Positions 11,006 to 24,280 are shown, numbered from the stretch's first letter. The stretch is 64,000 bases of DNA from Octopus vulgaris (GCA_951406725.2 OX597818.1:104656001-104720000), one strand, 5' to 3'. A program made the numbers and translations. Notes: generated by a model not told the origin, from the letters alone.

Positions 11006-11139
11006 GAAAATTTTTTTTAAATAAATTAAACATTCTTATCTTAACTCAACTTCAGAAGGTACTCGCTGTTATATTTTATCTTCTTGTTATAATAAAATGT
11101 GTGCTAAAATTTAATCTTTACTTTCTTTATCCTAAATTA

Positions 11140-12190
11140 TACGTTCTGAGTTCTAATTCTGCCGAGGTCGACTTTGCTTTTCATCCTCTCGGGGTCGATT
11201 AAATAAGTACCAGTTACACACTGGGGTAGATATAATCGATTTAATTCGTTTGTCTGTCCTTGTTTGTCTCCCCTGTGTGTAGCCATTTTTGGGTAGTAAA
11301 GAAATAAGAAACGCTAGCACGCCGGGCAAAATGCTTAGCTGTCTTTATGTTCTGAGTTCAAATTCCACCGAGATCACCTTTGCCTTTCATCTTTTCGGGG
11401 TCGATAAATTAAATACCAGTTATGTACTGGGGTCGGTGTAATCGACTTAATCCCTTTGTGCTTGTTTGTCCTCTCTATGTTTAGCCCCTTGTGGGCAATA
11501 AAGAAATAAATATTCACAGCTTCTTAATGCGGCGAGCTGCCAGACACGTTAGCACGCCGGGCGAAATTCTTAGCGTTATTTCGTCTGTCTTTATGTTCTG
11601 AGTTCAAATTCCGCCGAGGTCGACTTTGCTTCTCATCCTTTCGGAGCCGATAAATAAATACCAGTTGCGTACTGCGGTCCATCTAATCGACTGGTCCCCT
11701 CCCCAAAACTTTCGGGATTTGTGCCTAGAGTAGAAAAGAATATTCACAGGAGTTTTATACTACACGTTGCCATAAGGCGGCGATCTGGCAGAATCCTTAG
11801 CATGCCAGACGGAAACAACGCTTAGCCCTATTTCGTCCATTTTTACGTTTTGAGTTCAAATTCCTCCTATGTCCATTTTGCCTTTCATCCTTTCAGGGTC
11901 GATGAAATAAGTGTCAATGTTACATTGGGGTCGAACTAATCGACTGGCTCCATCCCCTCAAAATTTAGGCCCTTGCTCCTAGAGTAGATAAGAATCCTTA
12001 GCACACCAGACGAACACATGTTTTGCTGCATTTCGTCCATTTTTATGTTCTGAGTTCAAATTCTACCGATGTCCAGTTTGCCTTTCATCCTTTCGGGGTC
12101 GATGAAATAAGTGCTAATTTTGCACTGGGGTTGATGTAAGCAACTAGCCCCCTCCCCCCAAAATTTCAGGCCTTGTGCTTTGAATAAGAA
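11140..12190 (+). mobile_element. head-to-tail cluster of ~5 SINE family B copies
   Basis: Repeated GTTCTGAGTTCAAATTCCGCCGAGGTCGACTTTGCCTTTCATCC..GGGGTCGAT at ~11145, 11350, 11595, 11850 and 12050. Heads GGCGGCGAGCTGGCAGA at 11528 and 11776. A minus-strand fragment lies at 12370-12480. Confidence 0.85.
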
Positions 12191-13584
12191 GGAGATTTAC
12201 GAGTTTCAAAGTCAAGGTAGTTGTTAAATTATATTTGTAGATGAGTCAATTATATTTTAAGCTGTTCAAACTATTTAGCTAATCGAAGTTAATTTAAATT
12301 ATTTGTTATTGATGCAAAGTTCTGCTTAATGTTCGCTTGCTTTTTTCGTTCTTTAACAGAATTAACAACATAGTCAACCTCAACAGAATTTGAACTCAAA
12401 ACGCAGCGATTCGGCAACACTTTCTCTATGATATTCGACATTTCATTCGATGTTCTAATGACCCAGCCAGTTCATTGCCTCTAACCTATTTACGCATATG
12501 GTTTAAAATTTCATTCAATAATTAATTGGATTTAAATAAGACAAAAATGTTATTCACAAAAACAACATTAATATGAGGATGATTAACCATTAATGATATT
12601 AGGATTCACGTAAAATTTAATATGTGAACAGAATTTAAACTGAAATAAATTGTAAAATTTTTTTGGTACCTGTTTTGCAGACTCAATGGCGCATTTATGA
12701 GTTAGATGCAGCTAAATAGCAGTATAGGAGCGTTAGAAAGAATGCCTGGCGGCATTTCTTCAAGCCACGAAGAAGCTGAGCCAGTATAGAGACTCGCATG
12801 TAGAGTCATCAAAGATAGAGTTGATACATAGGATGAAGATGGCTTATACTATTTGGTTTGTTACTAGATGTTTATGGTTTCAAATCCAGCTAGAGCTTTT
12901 GTCAAATATCACTGAGGTCAAATTTGCCTTTAAGTTTCAAATGACCGCAGCGGTCAAGTTTAACTTCAAAGTTGGCCACTGAGCTCCTATTTGCATTTCA
13001 TGCTTTCTGATTTAATAAATACAGTAGTAGTTAAACTTAATGTGTTAATCTTGGCCAAATTGTCAAAGGGTTGAGAGAGATTTCATGTGATATCTGATCC
13101 GCCTCGTTGTGTTTTCAATTCAAATCCACCTCCCATTGCTGGCCTCTTCGTGACGGCTAAATGGTCCCTTTAGGATCCGAATAACGGTGTTAGATCTCCA
13201 ATATATGAGTGTCGATTGGTACAAGAACTTTCTCGCCTCAATAAATTGAACGGAGACTTCAGAAAGAGTGATAACCCGTGAGACTGAAATAAATTGGCGT
13301 CCAGCCATTCAGTCAAACTTTGATGTGGTTGAATAACAAGTCCCAAATCATATGATATTTACAGTACGGGGTGTGCTATACATCATTTTGATCGCTCTCG
13401 AGACTTCCGTTCCTGGGTCATCGTTTCGTCCTTGAACGCCAATCCGTTTCAGGGTTTACCCATTTGAAGCTGAGCGGACAGGACCAACGTGGTGTGAAGT
13501 GTTTAGCACAAGAACACAACGCTCAGCTGGTTTCAGAATCTAAAGTAAGATCTCTCGATCAATACCCCAAACACTAGATCACAA

Positions 13585-13850
13585 TCATCATCATCATCAT
13601 CATTATCATCATCGTTTAACGTCCGCTTTCCATGTTAGCATGGGTTGGACGATTTTGACTGAGGGCTGGCGAACCAGATGGCTGCACCAGGCTCCAATCT
13701 TTATTTGGCAGAGTTTCTACAGTTGGATGCCCTTTCTAATGCCAACCACTCCGAGAGGGCAGTGGGTACATTTACGTGCCACCAGCACGGGGGCCAGTCA
13801 GGCGGTACTGGAAACGACCTCGCTCGAATCTTTTTACACATGCCACCAGC
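13585..13850 (-). mobile_element. retroposon 3' end with (GAT)n tail (RTE-like tail)
   Basis: Minus strand ..GGGCATCCAACTGTAGAAAC..CCAACCCATGCTAACATGGAAAGCGGACGTTAAACGATGATGATG. Confidence 0.55.
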
Positions 13851-14185
13851 ACATTATCGAATGGCCGTTGAGTCTCTTGCGTTCCTCCTCTCTCTGACAG
13901 GTTCTGTTTTTCGTCCCACAGGATATCCAATAAAGCACCCTTCCCACTAAATATTCTTGCTAGGGTTACCAGTTTAGTCACCGATAACCTGGCAACACGA
14001 CAGCTTGTACTCAGTTGTATATCATCAGTAGTGCTAATCGACAGACTGGGTTTACGCGATGATCTGATCCGGTTTGAGATTCTGCGATGGACATGGTCAC
14101 ACAACTCCTTTTTCGAGACGAAACCAATGATTTTTTAATATCTTTTTTATATATATAATGGTGACGTAAGTTGACTGCATCTATA

Positions 14186-14447
14186 TTTACTCTTTTATCT
14201 TTTATTAAATTCAGTCATTGAACTACGGCCATACTGGGGTACTGCCTGGAAGACTTTAGTCAAAAATTACCATGGCACTTATTCTATCGATCTCATTTTG
14301 CCGAACCGCTAAGTTACGGGTATGGAAACAAACACCGGTTATCAAGCGGTGTAGAGGACAAACACAGAAACACAGATACACATACACACACACACACACA
14401 CACATATATGTATTATGTGTGTATACACACGAATAGATATGTATATA

Positions 14448-14496
<49 letters not shown>

Positions 14497-14707
14497 CGTG
14501 TGTGTGTGCGTGCGGGGGGTGCGGGGGTGTAAATATATTCCTCTATATATATGTATATATATATATATATATATATACGATGGGCTTCTTTCAGTTTCCT
14601 TCAACCAAATCAACCCACAGCTTGGAGATTTAGTAGAAGGCACTTGAGCTAAAGAAGGTGCAGACAACCGAATCCATGTGGCTGGGAAGCAAGTTTCTTA
14701 CCATACA
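14186..14707 (-). mobile_element. SINE family A
   Basis: Reverse complement of 15125-15551, with an internal CA/TA microsatellite. Confidence 0.8.
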
Positions 14708-15124
14708 TATTCTTTCAATTTGTTGTCTTTTTCTATTTTCACTTTAGCTTTTGTTTTTAGTATTCTTTTACTGGACACACAGCAAAGCGGTCAATTGACT
14801 TGAGCCATATTCATGTTGCTTGCTCTAGATCTCTCCATATTGAGATGGTAACAACAAAAACAAGAATGACCTTACCCTCATTGACACCCAATGTCAATAA
14901 GTTACCATGTTGCCTTAGTTGAAACAGAATGTAAATAAAATTCATGAAATACTGTATTTTTGTAAGCGAGTAAATTTGTTGACGGGTTTCGTTATTGCTG
15001 TTGCTCAGCTCTTGTACCGTCCTTGATCAAACAGACCTATGATGAAAAGCGTTTCCGCCATGGCAATCATGTCGTTTAGCTTCAAGCATAGTGTCATCTG
15101 AGCAATATATTTTAATCTCAAAGT

Positions 15125-15551
15125 ACGCAGGTGTGGCTGTGTGGTAAGTCGCTTGCTTACCAACCACATGGTTACGGGTTCAGTCCTACTGCGTGGCACC
15201 TTGGGCAAGTGTCTTCTACTATAGCCTCGGGCCGACCAAAGCCTTGTGAGTGGATTTGGTAGACGAAAACTGAAAGAAGCCCGTCGTATATATGTGTGTG
15301 TGTGTGTGTGTTTGTGTGTGTTTGTGTGTGTGTGTGTACTTGTGTGTGTGTGTACTTGTGTGTCTGTGTTTGTCCCACCAACATCGCTTGGTGTGTTTAC
15401 GTCCCCGTAACGTAGCGGTTCGGCAAAAGAGACCGATAGAATAAGTACTAGGCTTCCAAAGAATAAGTCCTGGGGTCGATTTGCTCGACTAAAAGCGGTT
15501 CTCCAGCATGGCCGCAGTCAAATGACTGAAACAAGTAAAAGAGTAAAGAGT
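15125..15551 (+). mobile_element. SINE family A, near full length (tRNA head, CORE-like segment, internal microsatellite, AAAGAGT tail)
   Basis: A box TGGCTGTGTGG, B box GGTTCAGTCC, CCTTGGGCAAGTG segment, (TG)n, tail GAAACAAGTAAAAGAGTAAAGAGT. Uninterrupted target site AAGTCGCTTGCTTACCAACC. Confidence 0.9.
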
Positions 15552-16495
15552 GTTGCTTTTTTTTTTTTTGTTCATTTTTACTAATTAATCAAGGACTTCT
15601 ACATAACCCACTTGAACCTTAAAGTGTGCTCGAGGAAGATTTGGCTGTTATTTCGAAACGGCTGAAGGATAATATAGGTCGTCTAGTTGACTTGCAATCC
15701 ATAGAGTTAGTTAGTGCATAACATATTGCAGACAACTACGATAGTTTAAGCTATTTTATTTTTTACCAAATGTCACAGAGAAGCCCGTGAGCAGCAGTTT
15801 GTGTTTTTTTTTTTGTTTTTTTTTTCTGTTTGCTATTTCGTGAAAGGTTTTTTTTTTTCGTTATACTCTCGATCTTATTATCTACAAATAGGTATAAAAA
15901 TTGTAGTGGTTCTATTTATTGCTGTTACTGTCGTCAATGCTGTTTAGCTCCAGGCAGGCTCGGATATAGAAATTTAATAACGATCAACTGCATACCAGCA
16001 GTGAACAAAGCCATCTTTGAAACGCCATTTTTTAACAGTGTATCTAGGACATTATAAATGCCCTCCAATTCCTTTCCTTTTAGTTTGTTTTGTCTTTTTT
16101 GTGGTAGGGTTGCATGTATGCATAAACAGAGTAAAATATAATTTGAGAGAAACTGTGTTGCTATTTCTAACAGAATGTGTGATCACGTAGACGGTCTCTC
16201 ATTGGTTGGATTATTCTGCTATTGTTTCCTCATATTTTCAAAAATAGTGTGGTTAATAATGTAAAAATCACATTATTTTTATCTTCCATTTTTCTCCGTC
16301 GTTGTCGTTGATATTGTTGGCGTTTTAAATTTTATTTTATTTTATCTTAATCACTTTTCACCATCTTAAATTTGAGTTTTTAGTTATTTATTGTCAATCT
16401 TCTCTTCTCTCTTTATTTGCATCATATTATATTTTGCTCTTTCTATTAGATTATCATCATTATCATCATCATCATCATCAATATTGTTATTATTA

Positions 16496-16550
<55 letters not shown>

Positions 16551-17019
16551 TTTTTAATTAACAAAAATGACTGTATTATTCCAAGTTGGTTGTGGACTGC
16601 AAAACGAAATGAGACATGGAAACATGGAGGTAATGTATTATTGTGTATCCATTGAATATGCTTCGTTTGCTTTTAGCATTATCAGTATTATTATTATTAT
16701 TATCAAAGGTTTCGGTTTGTTATTTCTGTCTAAAATTGCTACTGTATTTATTCATTTGTGCATTCTTTTCTTTATATTTTAAAATGCATTCGCAGCATCG
16801 ATGCCTTCGTTCATATGCAGTTAGAAAAAAATACTTCTCAGAAAACAAAGCAAAAATATCAGCAGGCCATAGTAGTAGCAGTAGTAGTAGTAGTATTAGC
16901 AGCAGTGGTGGTGATTGAGGTAAAAGTGGTGGTGATGGACATGGTAGTAATAGTGGTGGTGGTAATACTGGTGATGTTTGTAGTGGCTACTGTGATTGCG
17001 GTTGGTGTAGTAGAAGTAT

Positions 17020-17325
17020 ATTTATTATATAAAATCCGTTCTGTCTGTCTGTGTCTTGTAGGATCTGGGGCATCCTCCATCCGATTGCGCTCAAATTTGA
17101 TATGTACATACCGACGGTATCAGGGCGTGTATAATAAGTCTTGAAAAAATTACAAAAATCGATTCCATGTCAGAATACGATCGATAAAGTGAATAAAATC
17201 GTTTGGTTTTTTTTTGTTTTTTAATAGAAAAAAGTCTATCGTTATTTCTTCTTTTGCTGGTGTCTCAAATTTAGGTTAAATCAGTGTTTCTCAAAGGGGA
17301 AGCCTATGGGACGGTTGGACAAGTT
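17020..17325 (+). mobile_element. possible non-autonomous Helitron
   Basis: 5' TATATAAAA..(TCTG)n..CCGATTGCGCTCAAATTTG layout typical of Helitron-N elements. The 3' end GGGACGGTTGGACAAGT is only CTAG-like. Confidence 0.4.
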
Positions 17326-17862
17326 GTTTTGAGAGAATTTCGTTTAAAGGTTTGACAACTCAGCACTGTCTATTGGACGGGGGACGTTTTGCTCGTATAA
17401 ATATACTTACATATAAACGCATACTTTATACTTATACATTTACACACACACACACACACACATATATGTATAAGCCTCATTCCAAAATGGGTGGCCTTGT
17501 ATCGTTGATAGAATTCATTAAAGCCGCTGCTGCTGTTGCACCTGCTGCTGCTGCTGCTGTATGCCATTGCTGTTTGTACTTCCTCATATGCTTCGTGCTT
17601 GGCCAAATGGTTAAGAAGTTTGCTTCGCAATGATGAGGTCCCGGCTTCGATCCGACTATATGGCATTGGGCAAATATAAATTTCTATTACTTCGAGTCGA
17701 CCCACACAATGTTACTTAAAGTTGCGTAGACTGAAACTGTATAGATGCGTGTCGGGTGTATTTTTCTATCGGTCTCTTTTGCCGAACCGCTAAGTTACGG
17801 GGACGTAAACACACCAGCATCGGTTGTCAAGTGATGTTGGGGGGGCAGACACAGACACACAA

Positions 17863-17903
<41 letters not shown>

Positions 17904-18064
17904 AGAATATATGTATATATATACGACGGGCTTCTTTCAGTTTCCGTCTACCAAATCCACTCACAAGGCTTTGATCGGCCCGAGGCAATAGCAGAAGACA
18001 CTTGCCCAAGTTGCCACGCAGTGGGACTGAACCCAGAACCATGTGGTTCGTAAGCAAGCTACTT

Positions 18065-20326
18065 TATTTCATAAATGTGTCATATAGACAGTACAAAGAG
18101 CTTTGCGGGCTGGACAAACACATTAATGAATGAAATGAATAAATGAGAGACGAAACCCAACACCCGCCGATTGGGTTTTTCTCGAAAACATATTTTCTTT
18201 TTTTTTTTTAAATCAATATAAGGTTTCGAACCTTTTACAAGGAGGAGGCACTAAAACTTCTTACTTAGCATATTTTCTTTTTACTTTCTTAAAACACAAA
18301 ATTGAGGTTATAAACCACTACAAAATAGTCCAATGAGGTGAGGTCTCAAACTCTGTAACGAGGGTCTTTCACCTCCTACTCTTCGGTATATCCATCGATA
18401 TATTCATCATTATCTTCAATGCCGCTTGAGTTCCTGTATCCCGCCATTTCCCATGCCTCACTCATGTAGGACATGTAAGTCGTGTAAGGGCCACCCGGCC
18501 ATATGCGAAACTCCTCCCCAAATCCTTTAAGCCTTTCCCACAAGGGAAACCTTATGACCTCCACAGCTATCTGCGGAGGCCATTCGGGATCCCGTGTGAA
18601 GGGCATATCTACTGTTTCTTTAAGTTCTTCTACTATTTTTCCACCTCCCCCCCTTGTAGAAAAAGATAATTAATTGATCATCTTTAAGAGTGGGGGTGGT
18701 TTCTTCCACCGTGGGTGGCACAACTTCGGGACATGCAGTCGGCACATCATCTCCCTGCTGAGATAACCCGTTCTTCTTCTTTCTTTTTTTTTCTTTTCTT
18801 CCTGGCTTCGGGAGAGTGGAGCCCTTCCGCTTTGTCCGGAGACTCTACCCCGCCTCCCGAAGCCTTAGGTTCCTTCGGCGAGCAACAATAGTTGCCCGCC
18901 TTCTTCCTTTTTGAGTTGAGGCGGCTGAAGCCTCCTCGACCACATTCACCTCTCCCTTTGACCGGGTAGGGGAGGTGGCATCTGGTGACTGTTCCAGGAC
19001 CTTACCATGGTCCTGGGGGCAGTTCCTTTTAATGTGGCCTGGCTGCAGGCACGCGTGACACTTTGGGGGACGTCCCTCAAGTATCACTGGATACCTGCAG
19101 CCAGCCATTTTCAAGAAATCTGGAAAAACCAGTTCTGTTGCGGCTGATGGGGTCCATAGGGTCAAAATCGCTTTTGACCCTTCCCAATCGACCGCCGGCA
19201 ATACCCTTACATTTAAGAGCCTGGGCCCGCCATCCCTCAGTCCCCGTCGGATGGTATCTTCAATCCAATCCGCTTCGGTGCCGGGGGGAGCCCACATACC
19301 CAGGCTCGTATTAATTTTCTTCCACAATATGACGGGAGAAACAAAATTTCCTTGCCTTCTAAAGGCCGACTCGCAAACTGGCGAGCTTTTTCCCCGTTGT
19401 CAAACAGTAACTATACGGTTGCATGTTTGACACCACGGGATATATATTTTACAGAGGACAAATGTTCTTTAAGTTCATTTTCTATGACTTGTTTTGGGAA
19501 GACGGTGATGGAATAAAGAACTTTAGAATATTTCTAAGTACCATCGTCTTCTCTTCCATATCTTTTAACCATTGCTTAGGCGGGTTAATTTCCTACTCTA
19601 AGACAGAGTTTTTCTTTTTAAGTTCCTTCTCTGCCATGTCAAAAAACAGTTCAAAAGTAGTTCAAAAGACAGTCTGCCAAAAAATTAAACCGAATAAAAA
19701 GAAACAAAATAAAGGAGAGGGGAGGAAACTGACATTAAAGTAATGAAAAGAATGAACCAAACATTTTTAGAAAGAAAGAAATAATAGAAGGGAAAAGTAA
19801 AAGAAAAATCTCACAAATAGCAAAGACAGGGAATCTTTTGTATAATACTCCAAAAAGATAATCCAAAAAGGTAATCCAAATGGCTTATTCTTATTTTTTG
19901 GCGAGATATGCCCACTAGAATTCACAAGAAGAATTCTCAAACAAAAATTCTTAATTCACCGTTACGGCCAAAATTTAACACAACTGTAAAACAGTTAAAA
20001 AACATTCCAAATTTCTTCTAGGTACTCCTTAACAGGAACAACACTATTTTCAAACAAAAGTTTGGCAGGATACGCCTACCAAACCAATAATTTTCACAAT
20101 TAAGAGAATAATATTTTCACTCAGCCTCCGGCAGACTAGGGCCTAGTGAGGACTTGTTGCTTGTAAAAATAATCTGCAACATACAACAGGTCCCCACTAA
20201 ACCCCCAAAATTCTTACCTTACGGCTGAGTATTCAAAAGTCTTCAATTTAAGATGGCTTTCAAAAACACGTCTTACATCTTCGGTGTCAAGCACAACACT
20301 GACTTGCACATGCGCAGAAGCAACCT
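18065..20326 (-). mobile_element. ORF1-only (HAL1-like) L1/Tx1-type non-LTR element inserted in a SINE head
   Basis: 15-bp TSD GTAAGCAAGCTACTT (18050-18064) / GTAGGCAAGCTACTT (20327-20341). AATAAA at the 3' end. A single disrupted ORF1, with no EN/RT sequence between its stop and the 3' end. Confidence 0.85.
18376..19637 (-). pseudogene. L1/Tx1-like ORF1p (RRM-like region plus CCHC zinc knuckle), disrupted
   Basis: ATG at 19637 gives MAEKELKKK..LIRAWVCGLPPGTEADWIEDTI..FPDFLKMAGCRYPVILEGRPPKCHACLQPGHIKRNCP (CX2CX4HX4C). A basic linker follows, and the C-terminal ORF 18376-18606. Several stops and frameshifts. Confidence 0.8.
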
Positions 20327-20574
20327 GTAGGCAAGCTACTTACCACACAGCCACTCCTACGCCTATAAGACAAAGAAATACATAGAATGAAATTTTAATT
20401 GAAATTTTATTGCATGAATAACAAAGATAGAAGGAAAGAAAAAAAAGCTTCTATCAATGCAAAGAGGAAAGTTGAGAAACCTATTACTTCTATTTCAAAA
20501 TGCTTTAAATGCGATATACAACGCTCTTCTTTATTTCAAGTTTTATTCCCCTGTTACTTTTCCATATTCGAAAG

Positions 20575-21385
20575 TAAGTCAAATTTTGGCAAAGTGCCAG
20601 TAATTTTGGAGGTGAGTTAAGTCGATAACATTGACCTCAGTACTCAACTGGTACTTATTTTATTGACCTCGAAAGGACAATAGACAAAGTCGACCTCGGT
20701 AGAATTTGAGTACAGGGAGTAAAGGCGGACGAAATGCCGCTAAGCATTTTGCCCAGGGTGCTAACGATTCACCAAGCTCGCCGACATATGCACTCCTATA
20801 AAATACTGGTTTCAAATTTTGGCACATGACCAGAAATTTCGGAGGTGGGGTTTGAACTCACTGTGCAGTATCTGATTGAATACTGCAAGTGATTGTTCCA
20901 GATGCTCTAACGACTTTGCCAAACCAAAGCCTTAGGTTAACGTTACAGAGAAAATATAAAAAATATAAACCTTAATACGAAAAATAAAACTATGTTGAGA
21001 GGAATTTGAAACAGACTGTAATTTAGGAGAACTGTATTCAAGGAAATTTTTCAACGGGGAAACCAAAACTGCATAGGCAACACAGTTAACAGGTTCTCAC
21101 CAGCACTCTGCATACACTAAACCAGAGTTCTCCAGAGCATTGCGGATACCTCTACGATGCGATGCGGCTATAATTTATGTGGGTGTAAGGTGGAGAGCTG
21201 AGAGAATTGTTAGCACGCTAGGGAAATGCTTAGCGGCATTTTGTTCATCTTTGCCTCTTGCGCTCAAATTCCGCCGAGGTCAACTTTATCTTACATCTTT
21301 TCGGGGTCGGAACACTGGTGACAATGTAATCGACTTTACCCCCGCCCCTCGAATTTGTTGTTCTTGTGCAAAAATTTGAAACCAA
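20575..21385. mobile_element. SINE family B copies (20575-20785 -, 20805-20930 -, 21185-21385 +)
   Basis: Family B motifs AAAGTCGACCTCGG, GCCGCTAAGCATTT and AAATTCCGCCGAGGTCAACTTT. Confidence 0.75.
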
Positions 21386-21954
21386 TTCGTGCCCATTGTC
21401 ATTCTGAAACATTTGGGATTACCGAGAATGTAAATAACTTGGTGAGATGTGAACACTAAATTACATTCCAGATGTTAAATGATTAAAAATCTGTTTAGTG
21501 AATACTGACTGGCAAAGTAGCCCTAGAGGCCTTAAAAATGAAGCAAAACAAAATAAAAGTCAACAAATACAAAACGTTTAATCTAACACACAGGAACAAC
21601 CTAAAACTTTTCTAATATTGGGAAGCCAATCAATCATAAGAAAGCAAAATATAAAGCAAAACAAAAATGAAACAGAAACAAGGACGAAACTACTTGATTG
21701 ATGTAGTGATCGCTTAACATGCAGTGGACAAGAGCCAGTCGGAAGACACCTCTAGTTAGATTTGTTCAGAGTAAACTACTGACAAACAGGTGACGAACCA
21801 CTGCTGAGAGTAGAGAGACGGCAGTTAGAGACACTCTCCTTAGTAGGACGCGATTTTTGAAAATTTATCCTGCAGCGGTCTTTGCAGGACACGATTCAAC
21901 ACTCATTCGTGTCATCCTCTTCCTTCTCCTTCTTATATGATTCCATTGTATATA

Positions 21955-22042
<88 letters not shown>

Positions 22043-22716
22043 ATACATGTACACGCCCACACATATATACATATTTACACCGGTATCAACGCATGCATGT
22101 ATATAGATACAAAGATACATCTGTATAATAACATACATACATGCATATACATACATATGTATATATATATACATATATATATATTTATATATATATATAT
22201 ATATAGTGTGTGTGTGTGTGTGTGTGTGTGTATGTACATGTCTCTATATCTACACACGTGACTGCTGAAACACATATATCCACATACATTTTATACATTT
22301 TGCCTCAGATACACACACACATATCTAAATGGATGTATATCTGTATATTGACAATAACTGTATGTATATGGTAAGTGAATATTTTTGTTTGAGTATGCGT
22401 TTATATGTCTCTACTCTCTCTGTCTCCCTCTCTCTCCCCCGCGCTCTCCCTCTCTTTCCTACACATACACATATATACGCACATATAAACATATACATAG
22501 TTATTTAAATACATATACACATAAAGAACCTCAGCACACAAATTCGTGTGTACTTGCACATAAATAGTTATACGTAAGTATAAATATCTGTGTATGTATA
22601 AATATGTGTGTATGTCTATTTATCTGTCTGTGTGTGTGTGTGTTTATACGTTTTTATTTTTACTCTCTGCCTTTCTCATATACACAAATCTATATGAACA
22701 TATATACATGCTTAAC

Positions 22717-22992
22717 TTTAAACGTAGTTATACAAATAGATTCATATATACAGATCTACATAAACGCACATAAAAATTAATGCATATAAACTCACAGGAA
22801 CGCTTTCATACATTCGTTCGTAGATACATACGTCCATATACACACAGCCATTTTAAACATAGTTATACAAATAGATTCATATATACAGATCTACATAAAC
22901 GTACATAAAAATTAATGCATATAAACCCACACGAACGCATTCGTACATTCGTTCGTAGATACATACGTCCATATACACACAACCATTCTAAA
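22717..22992. repeat. 135-bp direct tandem duplication
   Basis: AGTTATACAAATAGATTCATATATACAGATCTACATAAACG.. at 22726 and 22861, with few substitutions. Confidence 0.9.
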
Positions 22993-24044
22993 TACATGAA
23001 GGCCGTTGGACAATATACGAAAAACGCAATAGAGAAATACTTGACATATGTAACCAGCGGAAGTCATCTCCGTGTTGCAGCTTTGAGCAACCATTTATTT
23101 CATCGATTCTCATTTCAAGTGGAACGAAAAATTGAGCAAGTAGCCATGATTTCTGTTGACTAAAAACTGTCAACTTTTGCTTCAGGCTCCCAACTACTGA
23201 ATGGATCATCTACTGAAGCGAACATTCGAATTACTTTGCACAACTTTTCAATTTATCGACGTTTTTCATGATGGCACAATGTACAAATATTTAGCAAAAA
23301 GAAACAAAGAAAATGTTTAAAAAGTGCATAAAGACAAAACAAAACGAAGAGAAACATTTTAAAATGTGAGAGATAGATAGTTAGAGAGTAAAAGAGAGAT
23401 AGAATGCGTGAATCAAAAAGAGAGAGGAGAGCGTGTGTGAAAAAGAAAGAAAGTCAAGATGAGAAAGGAATGACTTCCATGCTAAACACACAAAAACGTA
23501 ATAAATTATTACCCCTTTTACAAAAGCCAGTGTATGTAAAATGGTTGGCTAAATTTGATAGTTGTTGAAAATAGTTATTAATATTGGTATCTTGTAACAG
23601 CACCATCACACCGGGTCCCTCTTCTTCTCTTTTCTATATATGTGAGTATGTGTATGCACATTTCTTCCTCTCTCATACATGTATGCTTACACAGATAAAT
23701 ATGCACTCGCTTATATGATAGCTGTACAAACACGCTCAAACATAATTTACATACACACGTATATATATAGACATATATGCACACTTGCATGCTGGCGGTA
23801 TATATGTACACACGTACACACACACACACGCACACATATATATATATATATATACTCGTATGTATATCCTCAGTTTCTTTCTAATTTTCTCCCTTATTTC
23901 TCTGTTCGTCTCTATATATACTTGAGTATACATATTTGAGTATGTATCCACATACATCTGTGGTTATCTGTTTATCTATCTATTCATCTATCGATCGATA
24001 TCTTATCTATCAATCTTTTTATCTATATATCTATCTGCCTATAT

Positions 24045-24088
<44 letters not shown>

Positions 24089-24231
24089 ATTTTTATGTAT
24101 GCTCATCTTTATAAATATATTTCTGTAAAACACATATATATATATACCTTACACACATACAAACGCATGTAAACACGCATATACGCACACACACGTACAC
24201 ACACGGACACATGTACATATGTGTGTGTGCA

Positions 24232-24280
<49 letters not shown>

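Larger units (their letters stand above)
17762..20366 (-). mobile_element. SINE family A split by a 2.26-kb insertion (body 17762-18064, head 20327-20366)
   Basis: TATAGGCGTAGGAGTGGCTGTGTGGTAAGTAGCTTGCCTAC [insert] AAGTAGCTTGCTTACGAACCACATGGTTCTGGGTTCAGTCCC. A degenerate + copy also lies at 17595-17755. Confidence 0.9.

Noticed and set aside
13200-13440. Possible LINE RT remnant (AIKMMYST on -)
   Set aside because: A single short motif with no flanking RT motifs; cannot be supported by eye.
15125-15200. tRNA genes suggested by A/B boxes
   Set aside because: No cloverleaf closure; each continues into a SINE body, so these are SINE heads.
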